Shown: positions 19,841 through 28,672 of the stretch, one piece after another
Layout of the letters: every line of letters starts with the position of its first letter
How positions within the stretch are numbered: the first letter of the stretch is position 1
Source of the DNA: an uncultured bacterium
Lineage (GTDB): Bacteria > Babelota > Babeliae > Babelales > Babelaceae
Direction: 5' to 3'
DNA: 64,000 nt
Assembly: GCA_963722385.1 (NCBI GenBank)
Contig: CAVRKK010000002.1
Span: 1,152,001 to 1,216,000 of the forward strand
Program-made: the position numbers and the translations under genes
The notes under the pieces: generated by a model
What the model saw: only the letters and a program-made list of their open reading frames with translations
Told to the model about the DNA's origin: nothing
The model's database searches: none

Positions 19841-20340
19841 AGAACTTCGATTTCTGCAATCTCTGGTCCCTTAGTGAGATGGACAGGTGCGCATGAGCGC
19901 CGTTGTGCTTCGATATTTTTAAGCGATTGCTTACGAATATCGATAGCGGTTTCCGTATCGGCAAGCTCTTGTTCGATAGCAACGATGCGGCGCTCAAGAG
20001 AACGCTTTTTTGCTGACAAGTCTTGGATCTGCTCAATCAGGCGGGAAGCTTCACGCTCGAGAAGCGCTAGTTTTCCTCTTTTGGGTGAGCGAACATGCTC
20101 GATAACATGTACTCGATCTACCGGTACTCTCTCTTCATATATTACTTCTTTAACGATTGGGCGTCGGCTGCTTGGTCGCGGGCTGGTTACCACGTTGCCT
20201 ATGATCGTTCCTGCTGTTGATCCGAGGGCTGAACCGAGCGCTGTCGCGGCAACCGTTTCGCCAAAGTCAGCGCGAGCCATACATGCTGCACTGAGCACAA
20301 GTGGCGTTATAAGGCTTGCGAGCGTAATGCGATATACCAT
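19837..20340 (-). CDS. Hypothetical secreted protein with Gly/Ala-rich helix and coiled coil
   Basis: GGAG RBS, signal peptide, glycine-zipper-like segment, heptad-rich C-terminus. Confidence 0.75.
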   Translation of the reverse strand: MVYRITLASLITPLVLSAACMARADFGETVAATALGSALGSTAGTIIGNVVTSPRPSSRRPIVKEVIYEERVPVDRVHVIEHVRSPKRGKLALLEREASRLIEQIQDLSAKKRSLERRIVAIEQELADTETAIDIRKQSLKNIEAQRRSCAPVHLTKGPEIAEIEVL

Positions 20341-20410
20341 AAGGTTCTCCTAAAAATATACATATAATGCTAATTATTATTATGAGCTTAAAATAGTCAA
20401 AAATCAACTC

Positions 20411-21814
20411 CTATTGTTTATTTGCATTTTGCAGGGTATCAGCGAGCTTATTTACCTTGCCGGCGCCGAGTAATAAAATAAGATCGTCTTCTTGAACAAC
20501 GCCATCAAGTGCCTGCTGAATGCTTGCAAACTGCTCATCTTGAGGAATATAGGTGACCGATTGATCGGCTTTATTGGATTGAAGTTCCTGCGTTAGTCGT
20601 GCGCTCGTAATGGTTGGTATGGGCGCTTCGCTTGCGGCATGTATATCCGTTATGATCAAATGATCGATCGGATGGTGGGTGAGTACTTTAATAAAATCTT
20701 GCCAGAGGTGATAGGTGCGCGAATAGCGATGGGGTTGAAATATGACGATAAGCTTTCTTTTTGTGCGTTGTCGAGCAACTAAAAGGGTGTTATGTATTTC
20801 AACGGGATGGTGCCCATAATCGTCAAAAACATCAGCGCCTTTATAGGTTCCTTTAAAAGTAAACCGGCGATCGACTCCTTTGAAATTGGCAAGGGCTTGG
20901 GCGATGTTATGAAAAGGTACCTCGAGTTCTAATGACAGGGTTGTCGCGGCGAGGGCATTGAGGAGGTTGTGCCTGCCGGGCATCTTGACCATAAGGTTGC
21001 CTATATGCTTGTTTCCACGTGAGCGCCAGAGCGAGCAGGTGGTGTGCGTTGGATACAATTCAATATCATGGGCAAAGATATCTGCTTGCTGTGAAAGCCC
21101 GTACGTGATGGCTTTTGCATGACTGAGGGGAAGAAGCGAGCGGGCATGTTCATCATCGTGACAAATGATTGCTCTGCCATAAAAGGGCAGATTGCTGAGG
21201 AATTGCCTGAACGTTGCTTTAACGTCATCAAGATTGGTATAGGTATCAAGATGTTCACGGTCAACATTGGTTACGATGGCTATCGCCGGCGAGAGTCGGA
21301 CCAATGATCGATCACTCTCATCAGCCTCAGCTACCAAAAAGTCACCTCGGCCCAAGTGCGCATTGGTTGAGATACTTTTTAAGTGGCCGCCAATAATAAC
21401 GGTTGGATCATAGCCTGCTTCCATAAGCACGTGTGCTACGAGCGATGTCGTGGTTGTTTTGCCATGGGCACCTGCAATGGCGATGCTGTACTTCATGCGC
21501 ATGAGCTCTGCGAGCATTAATGCTCGCGGGATTGTAGGCAGCCCTAAACTCCGTGCTCGCATAATTTCTAGGTGGTCATCCTTGATATCAGAAGAATATA
21601 CGACGATATCAATTGAAGTATCATGGCATTGGGGAGTATTATTGCCCTTAGATACCGGACAGCCGAGCTGGGTCAAATCAACGACACTTTTTTGTTCAAG
21701 ATCTAGGTCGCAGCCCGAAATAATATATCCTTGATGCTTAAGAATTTTGGCGATACCACTCATGCCGATACCACCGATTCCGACAAAATGAATATGAGCT
21801 TTTTTATTGTACAT
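20411..21814 (-). CDS. murC: UDP-N-acetylmuramate--L-alanine ligase
   Basis: HFVGIGGIGMSG, GAHGKTTT, EADESD, DDYGHHP, FQPHRYSRT. Confidence 0.98.
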   Translation of the reverse strand: MYNKKAHIHFVGIGGIGMSGIAKILKHQGYIISGCDLDLEQKSVVDLTQLGCPVSKGNNTPQCHDTSIDIVVYSSDIKDDHLEIMRARSLGLPTIPRALMLAELMRMKYSIAIAGAHGKTTTTSLVAHVLMEAGYDPTVIIGGHLKSISTNAHLGRGDFLVAEADESDRSLVRLSPAIAIVTNVDREHLDTYTNLDDVKATFRQFLSNLPFYGRAIICHDDEHARSLLPLSHAKAITYGLSQQADIFAHDIELYPTHTTCSLWRSRGNKHIGNLMVKMPGRHNLLNALAATTLSLELEVPFHNIAQALANFKGVDRRFTFKGTYKGADVFDDYGHHPVEIHNTLLVARQRTKRKLIVIFQPHRYSRTYHLWQDFIKVLTHHPIDHLIITDIHAASEAPIPTITSARLTQELQSNKADQSVTYIPQDEQFASIQQALDGVVQEDDLILLLGAGKVNKLADTLQNANKQ

Positions 21815-21921
21815 GTTTTTATTGGTCTAAATGGCGCAAATGTAATGGTTGTCAATTAAGTGTATACCAGATTTTTCATGTGCTCAACAAGCCTTTTAAC
21901 GCTCACGATGATTTTGAGGGC

Positions 21922-22236
21922 TTAAGACCCTGGAAAGCGTTGCCGTGAAAAAAAGGATAGAACATCATTTTCCTGAATTGAATAATCCTTTAATGTTTTG
22001 TTATCGTCTAATACTATACCTTTAAAAGCAAGCCGTTGGGCATCTACGGGAACCTCCTGAAGGCCTTGTATTATTTGCTGTGCTTCGAGAGCTTTTTTGA
22101 CCATGTTAATGGTAGCTGATGGTGGTATATCTAATTTTAGCTCAGGTCCCTCTATATATTTGATAACAACGGGCATTGATAAGGCCGGGCTGGCGAAAAA
22201 AATAATTAATAATGACAGAGCGAGAAAAAGCTTCAT
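21922..22236 (-). CDS. Secreted eukaryote-like ubiquitin-domain protein
   Basis: AGGAG RBS; 20-aa signal peptide, then MPVVIK...PSATINMVK...PVDAQRLAFKGIVLDDNKTLKDYSIQENDVL aligns with ubiquitin PSDTIENVK...[31 protein letters not shown]. Confidence 0.92.
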   Translation of the reverse strand: MKLFLALSLLIIFFASPALSMPVVIKYIEGPELKLDIPPSATINMVKKALEAQQIIQGLQEVPVDAQRLAFKGIVLDDNKTLKDYSIQENDVLSFFSRQRFPGS

Positions 22237-22517
22237 CGCAATTCTCCTTTTTTAAACTTATGAGATAAATACAAAATAATATTATCACGTTGAGCATTTC
22301 AGCCGCAATGGTTTTGATTGCGCGAGATCAATATATTTGCTAGCAGGCCTTAAGCTCTACAGCGGTCTTAAAAAACCGTGGGCAACAATCTGCTACCTCT
22401 CTTAATCAACGGCCTATTTTTAAGAGTTATTTTCAAGATATAAGGATGTCACCGGTCAATCGTTGCATAAACTGAAGTGATAGGGCGCTTTGTCTGATAG
22501 CATCTCAATTTTAGACC

Positions 22518-22546
22518 TTGACCAATGGTATCGAATTATGATACTA
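22518..22546 (+). promoter_or_regulatory. Putative hicAB-1 promoter with overlapping palindromic operator
   Basis: TTGACC-N16-GATACT; inverted repeat GTATC-N7-GATAC. Confidence 0.55.
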
Positions 22547-22570
22547 TTGAGAATATAACAAGAGGGCGTA

Positions 22571-22825
22571 ATGAACAATAAACATAAACGTACTCTAGAA
22601 AGCATCTTTAGGCTACCTACACAAACCTCTATTAAGTGGAAAGATGTTGAATTATTGTTTATACATTTAGGAGCCAAAGCGACTGAAGGAAACGGCTCGC
22701 GAATACGTGTGATACTAAATAAGGTTCCAGCAAACTTTCATAGACCGCATCCACGCCGTGAAGCAACTCAAGGTGCCATTGAAGCAGTACGTAGGTTTTT
22801 AAAAGATGCAGGAGTTAAAAAATGA
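22571..22825 (+). CDS. hicA: HicA-family toxin
   Basis: IKWKDVE.LF..LG...EGNGSR...FHRPHP. Confidence 0.92.
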   Translation: MNNKHKRTLESIFRLPTQTSIKWKDVELLFIHLGAKATEGNGSRIRVILNKVPANFHRPHPRREATQGAIEAVRRFLKDAGVKK

Positions 22826-23145
22826 TTGAATATAAAGGATATAAAGGAATAATTACCTACGATAGTAAATTAAAAGTTTTTCATGGGGATGTTATAGGAT
22901 TGCGACACGTTATCACCTTTGAAGGAACAAATCCTGAAGAAATTGAGAAATCTTTTAAAGAGGCTATCGATGATTATCTTGATATGTGCAAACAAGAAGG
23001 TATAAAGCCTGAAAAAACTTTCTCAGGAAAGTTCATGATAAGGATTTCTCCTAATCTTCACGCTGAACTTTTTAGCGCAGCGAAACAAAACAAAAAAAGT
23101 TTAAATTTATATATAGCAGAGGCGTTAAGCGCAAGACAAAAATAA
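22822..23145 (+). CDS. hicB: HicB-family antitoxin
   Basis: YKGY.G...FHG.V.G...VITFEG...FSGKF..RI...LH...SLN; ATGA overlap with hicA. Confidence 0.93.
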   Translation: MIEYKGYKGIITYDSKLKVFHGDVIGLRHVITFEGTNPEEIEKSFKEAIDDYLDMCKQEGIKPEKTFSGKFMIRISPNLHAELFSAAKQNKKSLNLYIAEALSARQK

Positions 23146-23196
23146 ATATCTATGCGCTACTAATCTAATGATTTTATACTTATCGTAAAAAAGATA

Positions 23197-23452
23197 TTGG
23201 CTACTTCTCAAGATTGTAGTAAATGCCATCTACGAGGTAATCGCCAGGGTAAATTATTTAAGTGTCCTCATTGTAGGCACGTTGATCATGCTGACGTAAA
23301 TGCTTCATTCAACATAGCTATGCGTCATGGGCAGAGATCAATTGGACGCAGACAGAGTTGCGTTCAACGGGCTCACTGAAATCCCTAAAAGGGCTACGCT
23401 GCTTGAATGACCGCGACCCTAGAACCTCCGGCTTTTAAGCCGGCGTTATTCA
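23197..23452 (+). pseudogene. tnpB: TnpB C-terminal remnant with IS605-type right end
   Basis: TSQDCSKC...[18 protein letters not shown] (zinc ribbon plus RuvC-III), followed by hairpin CCGGCTT-TT-AAGCCGG and TTCA. Confidence 0.85.
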
Positions 23453-23460
23453 GTCGATGT

Positions 23461-23650
23461 ATCCCACAGCGTTCCTCAAGCTATAGTACCCATGCTCACC
23501 TTGATATACCATATGTGGAAAGGTGCTTTGTAGAGTTAGTCTGGAGCAGCCACTCGTGAGACGCTGTGTTTTACTGCGACATATTAACCGTTCAGGCTCG
23601 TCCGAACTTGGGTTTTCTTTCAAGCGACCTCAAACGACGAACCAGGGGCA
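23461..23650 (+). ncRNA. Candidate 6S RNA
   Basis: ~190-nt non-coding rod-like fold: CCC..GTTC pairs with GAAC..GGGG, ACCCA with TGGGT, CCTTGA imperfectly with TCAGG, unpaired central bubble; judged by eye only. Confidence 0.4.
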
Positions 23651-23805
23651 ATAATCTGCAACAGAGATAGCTGTGTCCTGTTTTACATAAAATATTGCTA
23701 TTAGTATGCAAAAATTGTTATAATTTACGCAAGTTGGGTAATCATATCTTACCTCAGCATTGGTTTTTCAAGTACATTTTATTGTCATATTAAATAGGAG
23801 TAATC

Positions 23806-24765
23806 ATGAATAAATTTGCGAAACTGCTTATTTTAGGTTTAATTCTAGCGAGTATCGGAAATCTTGCAAAGGCTCAAGAAAAGGCTATGGATCTAGCTTG
23901 GCATACGCTACAAGAAACATACAAAAAAGAGGGAATGAAAGGAATTGCGACCGATGTCATTAAAGCTTCCTGGGACTGGACCAAAAGTTCTACGGTCGTT
24001 ATTGTAGAAAATGCAAAAAAAGCAGTAAACTACACTATTGCCGAGCTTCCGTCAGATATACGTGAGATCGCCGAGCTTATAACACCAGAAGAAAAAGAAC
24101 AACTGCAAACGGCACTCGAGAGTGCAAAAAATCAATCTATTGCTGTTAATATCAAGGTGGCGCAATATTTTGGCTTGCCGCAGGACGTAATGGCAGGTAT
24201 TTTGATAGCTTCAGGATTGGTAGGTCTACGTGCGGCGGTTCCGCCACTTGTCCGCGCTATCCCAATGGTGCCTTATGCCGTTCAGTATGGTGCGCTTGCT
24301 GGTGGGACATATGCCGTAGGCAAAGCCATTTTACCATATGTTCCCTATATGCCTTTCCTAGCGTCGAACGTTGACGTAAAGCAAGTATTTTCTAGCGTAA
24401 AAGATGCGATTGTTTCAGCAAATGAAAATATAGCAAATAAACTAAGCCTTTCACCTTATGCCACCGGCTTATTAGGAGTAACCTTGGCAACGGCAGGGGC
24501 TGGATGGATGTACCGTACAGCTGCTACCACCTTGCGTTGGGCGCGAAATGGCGTCTATCTAGCGCTTGCTTGGCCATTGTTCCAATATTCCTATAGTTTT
24601 GCACAAGAGGCATATAGCAGGTTGAGTGCACAGCGTCTTTCAAAAGCACAAGCGCAAGCGCTTGTTGATGAAGCAAATAGGCTTGCTGATCGATCAAGCC
24701 AAGTAGCAAAAACCCTTGCTGCCGATGTTGCGCAGGAAGCTGCCGTTCTTAAAACAGAATTATAA
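23806..24765 (+). CDS. Hypothetical secreted/membrane protein
   Basis: AGGAG RBS, signal peptide, several Gly/Ala-rich hydrophobic helices. Confidence 0.8.
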   Translation: MNKFAKLLILGLILASIGNLAKAQEKAMDLAWHTLQETYKKEGMKGIATDVIKASWDWTKSSTVVIVENAKKAVNYTIAELPSDIREIAELITPEEKEQLQTALESAKNQSIAVNIKVAQYFGLPQDVMAGILIASGLVGLRAAVPPLVRAIPMVPYAVQYGALAGGTYAVGKAILPYVPYMPFLASNVDVKQVFSSVKDAIVSANENIANKLSLSPYATGLLGVTLATAGAGWMYRTAATTLRWARNGVYLALAWPLFQYSYSFAQEAYSRLSAQRLSKAQAQALVDEANRLADRSSQVAKTLAADVAQEAAVLKTEL

Positions 24766-24783
24766 GGTAATCTTAAGTTCGAA

Positions 24784-24808
24784 GCTCCAGTAATAAGCTG
24801 GGGCTTTT
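24784..24808 (+). terminator. Rho-independent terminator
   Basis: GCTCCAG-taataag-CTGGGGC-TTTT between convergent genes. Confidence 0.7.
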
Positions 24809-24825
24809 GAACGCTACTTAGGTGA

Positions 24826-25203
24826 TTATTTTCTTTCTAGACGAGTATCAATATATTCGTCAATAAGCTGGTTTAAAGATTTTGATCGTCTTGTTGCTTC
24901 GCGTGCTAACAAATAGTGCCTGCGGCTTGTTGTACGGTAGGCAATATTTCCTTTAAATTGCTTTTCATCAATTGGCTCGGGAACTATCTCGCCATGTTTG
25001 ATATAAAGTTCAAAGGTAGCGATCATAGCTTCTTTGATAGCTTCCATTCCTTCTGCAATAGTGAGTGCATCAGTGCTTATACCCGGTAGCTCGTTAACAT
25101 GTATGATATAATAAGGCTTATCTTGATCTTTTGCTGTTTCAATGGTGTAAGTCCAGGGAAGCTGCAAATAATATTGTATATTCTTTTTTTTGTTAGTAAC
25201 CAT
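24826..25203 (-). CDS. hicB: HicB-family antitoxin (second module)
   Basis: YY..LPW...ELPG..T...EAM...G..VPEP...FKG...H..L..EA...SLNQ. Confidence 0.9.
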   Translation of the reverse strand: MVTNKKKNIQYYLQLPWTYTIETAKDQDKPYYIIHVNELPGISTDALTIAEGMEAIKEAMIATFELYIKHGEIVPEPIDEKQFKGNIAYRTTSRRHYLLAREATRRSKSLNQLIDEYIDTRLERK

Positions 25204-25807
25204 GTTTAATAAGCACCTCTTTTAAAAGCTTTACTTGATAAGTAACGCGAATTCGATCTAAGCCGGTAAGCCAAAAAAAAGAAAATCGCTTGCGAGAGAG
25301 GGCTTTTTTTGCCTAAATGAGTAAGCAACTAAGGCAGAAAAGATGGAGTACAATAATAATCTTTAAACGTTTTACAACTCAGAATAATGATAATAAATCA
25401 TAATGGTCATAATCTCGCAGAGTCGCATTCTACTCTTTCTTTTTCGCTTTTTTCACCTTGCAGAGCCGCCAAACAGCCATTTTTTTCAAGGTCTTTGCAA
25501 AAGTTTGCAACGTGGTAAAATATTGTGACGAGCATTGTCGTTTCTCCTTTTTTTGTTGAATTTTGAAAAAAGGATAGTACTTTGCTCGTTTTTTTCTACT
25601 TTTTCTTACGTCGAACTCGCGTTAAGTAAGTAGTTCAGGCCTTTTTTTTAACGATACATGAAGTTCGAATCCTGCTTTCTTAAAAATATGATGAGATCCT
25701 CTCATATGTAGGTTAAATCCAAGATTCAACAAAAGCTTTTCAGCTTCATCGAAGGAAACCGAGGAATAGTTATATATCTTTCTTATAATTTTTTCTTTAT
25801 CGCCCAT
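25193..25807 (-). pseudogene. hicA: HicA-family toxin split by mini-IS982
   Basis: Removing 25245-25622 and one TAAGTA copy restores MGDKEK...GSHHIF...RPELLTYQVKLLKEVLIKHGY*. Confidence 0.9.
25245..25622 (-). mobile_element. Internally deleted IS982-family element (378 bp)
   Basis: Terminal IRs ACGCGAATTCGATCTAAG / CTTACGTCGAACTCGCGT; 6-bp TSD TAAGTA; transposase relics MLVTIFYHVANFCK and SALVAYSFRQKKPSL. Confidence 0.88.
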
Positions 25808-25824
25808 ATTGCTACCTCTTAAAC

Positions 25825-25853
25825 ATGATATCAAATTAGATATCGTGTGGCAA
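25825..25853 (-). promoter_or_regulatory. Sigma70 promoter and palindromic operator of hicAB-2
   Basis: TTGCCA-N17-TATCAT on minus strand, overlapped by GATATC-N6-GATATC. Confidence 0.65.
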
Positions 25854-25871
25854 AGATTTTGGCGTCAAAGG

Positions 25872-27119
25872 CAGGGCCGGCTCATCTAAATTTGATTGAC
25901 AATTAATTCCAAAGTGCTAGGTTGCCAGCAAGACAGCTTTCGAAGACATTTGATACTGATGTACTTATCAACCAATGGCTGGGCTCGTTTGAGCAAGTTA
26001 AGCGCCAAACTTTTGATGGTCGCTACATTTTGAGGAGCATTACCTTTTCGAATTCTCGATTGATCATCATTAAAGCAAACATCGAGTACCCAATGCATCG
26101 AATTCTCTATTAACCAGTGACTTCTTGCGGCGCGCAATATTCTTTCTGCTGATGCAGGAATACTTGTTATGTAGTAACGTTTTTCTATAGTCTTATTCTT
26201 ACCAATCAATCGCTCTGATTGTATACAGGCAATGCTCTTTATTGAGACCCAATCATTTTTTTTAGAAAGCCAGCCTATTTGATCGGTTGTTGTACAAGTC
26301 CTAATCTCAATTCGACCATGCCCTTTTTCTGTTTCTGAAAATGTATCATGCTTAATATTGATATATTTTGATTCGCTTTCTATTTCAAAGAAAGTTTTTA
26401 TTTCTTCAAGAAGATCACCTTGATTGCCCTTTACATTAAGCAAATAATCCCCTTTTTTGTCAATAATCTTTTGAGCAATTTTTTTCTGGGTCCCTATTGC
26501 ATCAATCGTCACTATCGCATCGCAGATATCAATTAAGTCCAAGAGCTGCGGGATAGCCGTTATTTCATTCGATTTTCCTTCTACCTTTTTTTGACAAAGG
26601 ACCATTCTAACATCTGTCGCAAATGCATTGACTAGATAAAGAGGCTCTTTATCTTCTGTTTCACCCTGATCAAACTTCTTTTTGTCACTTTCCCATCTAT
26701 GGCTACTGTTCTTGCATCATCAGTGTCTCTGTTATCCCTTACTGATGCTACTAAATCGCTTACCCATTTTACAAATATTTTAGAAAACTCATTAGGATCA
26801 AGTGCTCTAAAAAATCTCCTTAACGTATCATCGCTTGGTACCCCATTTTCAAATGGTAGATACTTTTTAAGTACGTCTAATCGAGCTTTTCCGTAGTATT
26901 CGATATCTTTCCAACCCTCGCACCCACTTATAACCCCTACCAGAGTTAAAAAAAGAATATCTGCCATTGAATGCAGTTTTCCTCTTTCAATTCTTGGGTC
27001 TTCTAGTTCACCTATATAATCCAAAAAACTAATATTTCTGTCTTCCATCTTGGTTCTCCCGGTTTTTTTTGAGAACCATTATATCTTAGTTTTTTAATTT
27101 TTTAAGTGAGCCGGCCCTG
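25872..27119 (-). mobile_element. ISAs1-family IS, copy 1 (frameshifted transposase; ORFs 26632-27048 and 25886-26605)
   Basis: IRs CAGGGCCGGCTCA; 10-bp TSD GCGTCAAAGG; motifs DPR, AIDGK, SNEI, DAIG, KGNQ, HGRIE, HW.IEN..HW.LD. Confidence 0.96.
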
Positions 27120-27127
27120 GCGTCAAA

Positions 27128-28589
27128 GGGTGCAATTAAAAGTGGTGGTTAGCAAATATCGTATGTTTTATGTGCTTCCCAATAGCCATTCCAACCATTA
27201 TTCGCTCTTGTAGTTAGCATTGCAAGCATAAATTGGCATTTTCTTCACACCACCAACCGCCAGGAATTTTAAGACGTTTTTGTATAACCGACTTATGAGC
27301 GCCCTCTATCTCTCCTGATCCAATCGACAAATCTCGTTCAAGAGCTCCTTTGTAATCGAATTGCTTCATCCTTTTGATCATGTATTGATAGCACTTTTGG
27401 GCTCCACATTGATGTTTTGGTATTTTTGTTTCATCAAGATGGTTTTTTAGATTTTTTAAAACAACATCAAGTTTATTTTCTTTCATCAATTTTTGTTGAA
27501 CATGAAACCAGTTTATCGAATTGTTTGGGAAACAGCACAATGAAGCTTGATTCAGATATTGGCTCAAGTGATAATAGTCTATTAAGTAATTGGCATCGTC
27601 ACCAAAGACCTTCTCGATTTGTTCTGCTATCCATAGCGCGCCATCACCTAGAGCATGAATACGCGTTTTAGGTCCACGGTTAGCATCTCTGACGAGCTCT
27701 GCGAGCTGATCGCCTACCTCATCGGGCGATCCTAATGTTGCTCGATAAAAAGTAGTTGTACTTCCTTTGTGATAAGCCAGTGCAAGTCGAGCTTCGCGCC
27801 ACAATGTCTTCCGGGACTTTCTTCTGTCACCAGTATTTTTTGGATCAAAAGTTACTATAGGAATCATACTTCCATCAGATTCTGCAATCACGAATTCTGC
27901 TGGCTTTTTCACAACTTTTTTTGCTTTAGGGGCACCTTGGTTCTTTGCCATGTTGTATGCATGTTTTTCTACAATTAATCTGATCGTGCTTGCAGGCAAC
28001 TCTATCCCATAGTGCTCTTTCATTTTTTTTGATGCAGATTCAAAGGAGACGTCTGTTTCAAAATCAGAAATATAGCGAGATTCTTTAAGTGATGCACGAA
28101 TATGGCATTATAGCTTTGTGCTGAGATTAAAATGCTCGGCATAGTGAGCATGGCTTAATGCATTACGCTATAGCACGCTGCAACGGCATCGAATACCCTC
28201 GACATTTGACGTTTGCTGAATAAGCAAGAGGCCTTGTACGCCTTCCTTGACTAACCAAAATTCGTTCTTTAATTTCTACAGTCCCGTAGGTAGTTTGCCA
28301 TTCAAGTTTTTTTTGAATGAAGCTTTGAATCAGGGTTGTTCAATCTGGTGGCTTGGTGTTTCTTTTCTTCTTGGTTTGTTGCCCATGTGGTCAGTAATTT
28401 ATTGCCTATTTTTCTAATTTCCACAATCAATTGCTCTTCTGCATCATCAGCTCTGTCAAGTCTGCCTGACGAGTTTTCTGCTATTTCCAATAATGCTTCA
28501 ATCCGGGATTCCAAGTGTGGATATTTTTCTAATCGTTTTACTTGTTGCTTAAATCTCGTCAAGATTTACCCACACTTTTGTTTACACCC
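27128..28589 (-). mobile_element. ISKra4-family (UPF0236) IS, degenerate, copy A
   Basis: IRs GGGTGCAATTAAAAGTG / CACTTTTGTTTACACCC; DGSMIP, GDGALWI, IDYYH, IGSGEIEGAHK..RLK..G.WW; upstream orf 28302-28562. Confidence 0.9.
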
Positions 28590-28672
28590 CCTGCCTTTTT
28601 TGATTTTGACTTTGAATAAAATATTTTCTAAAATGGAAGTCATTTCAAAGAAGACTGCATTGGGAGTAATTT

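Noticed and set aside
21922..22236. Part of a bacterial ubiquitination (Bil/Bub or ThiS/MoaD) operon
   Set aside because: No E1, E2 or JAB neighbours, no terminal Gly-Gly, and it has a signal peptide
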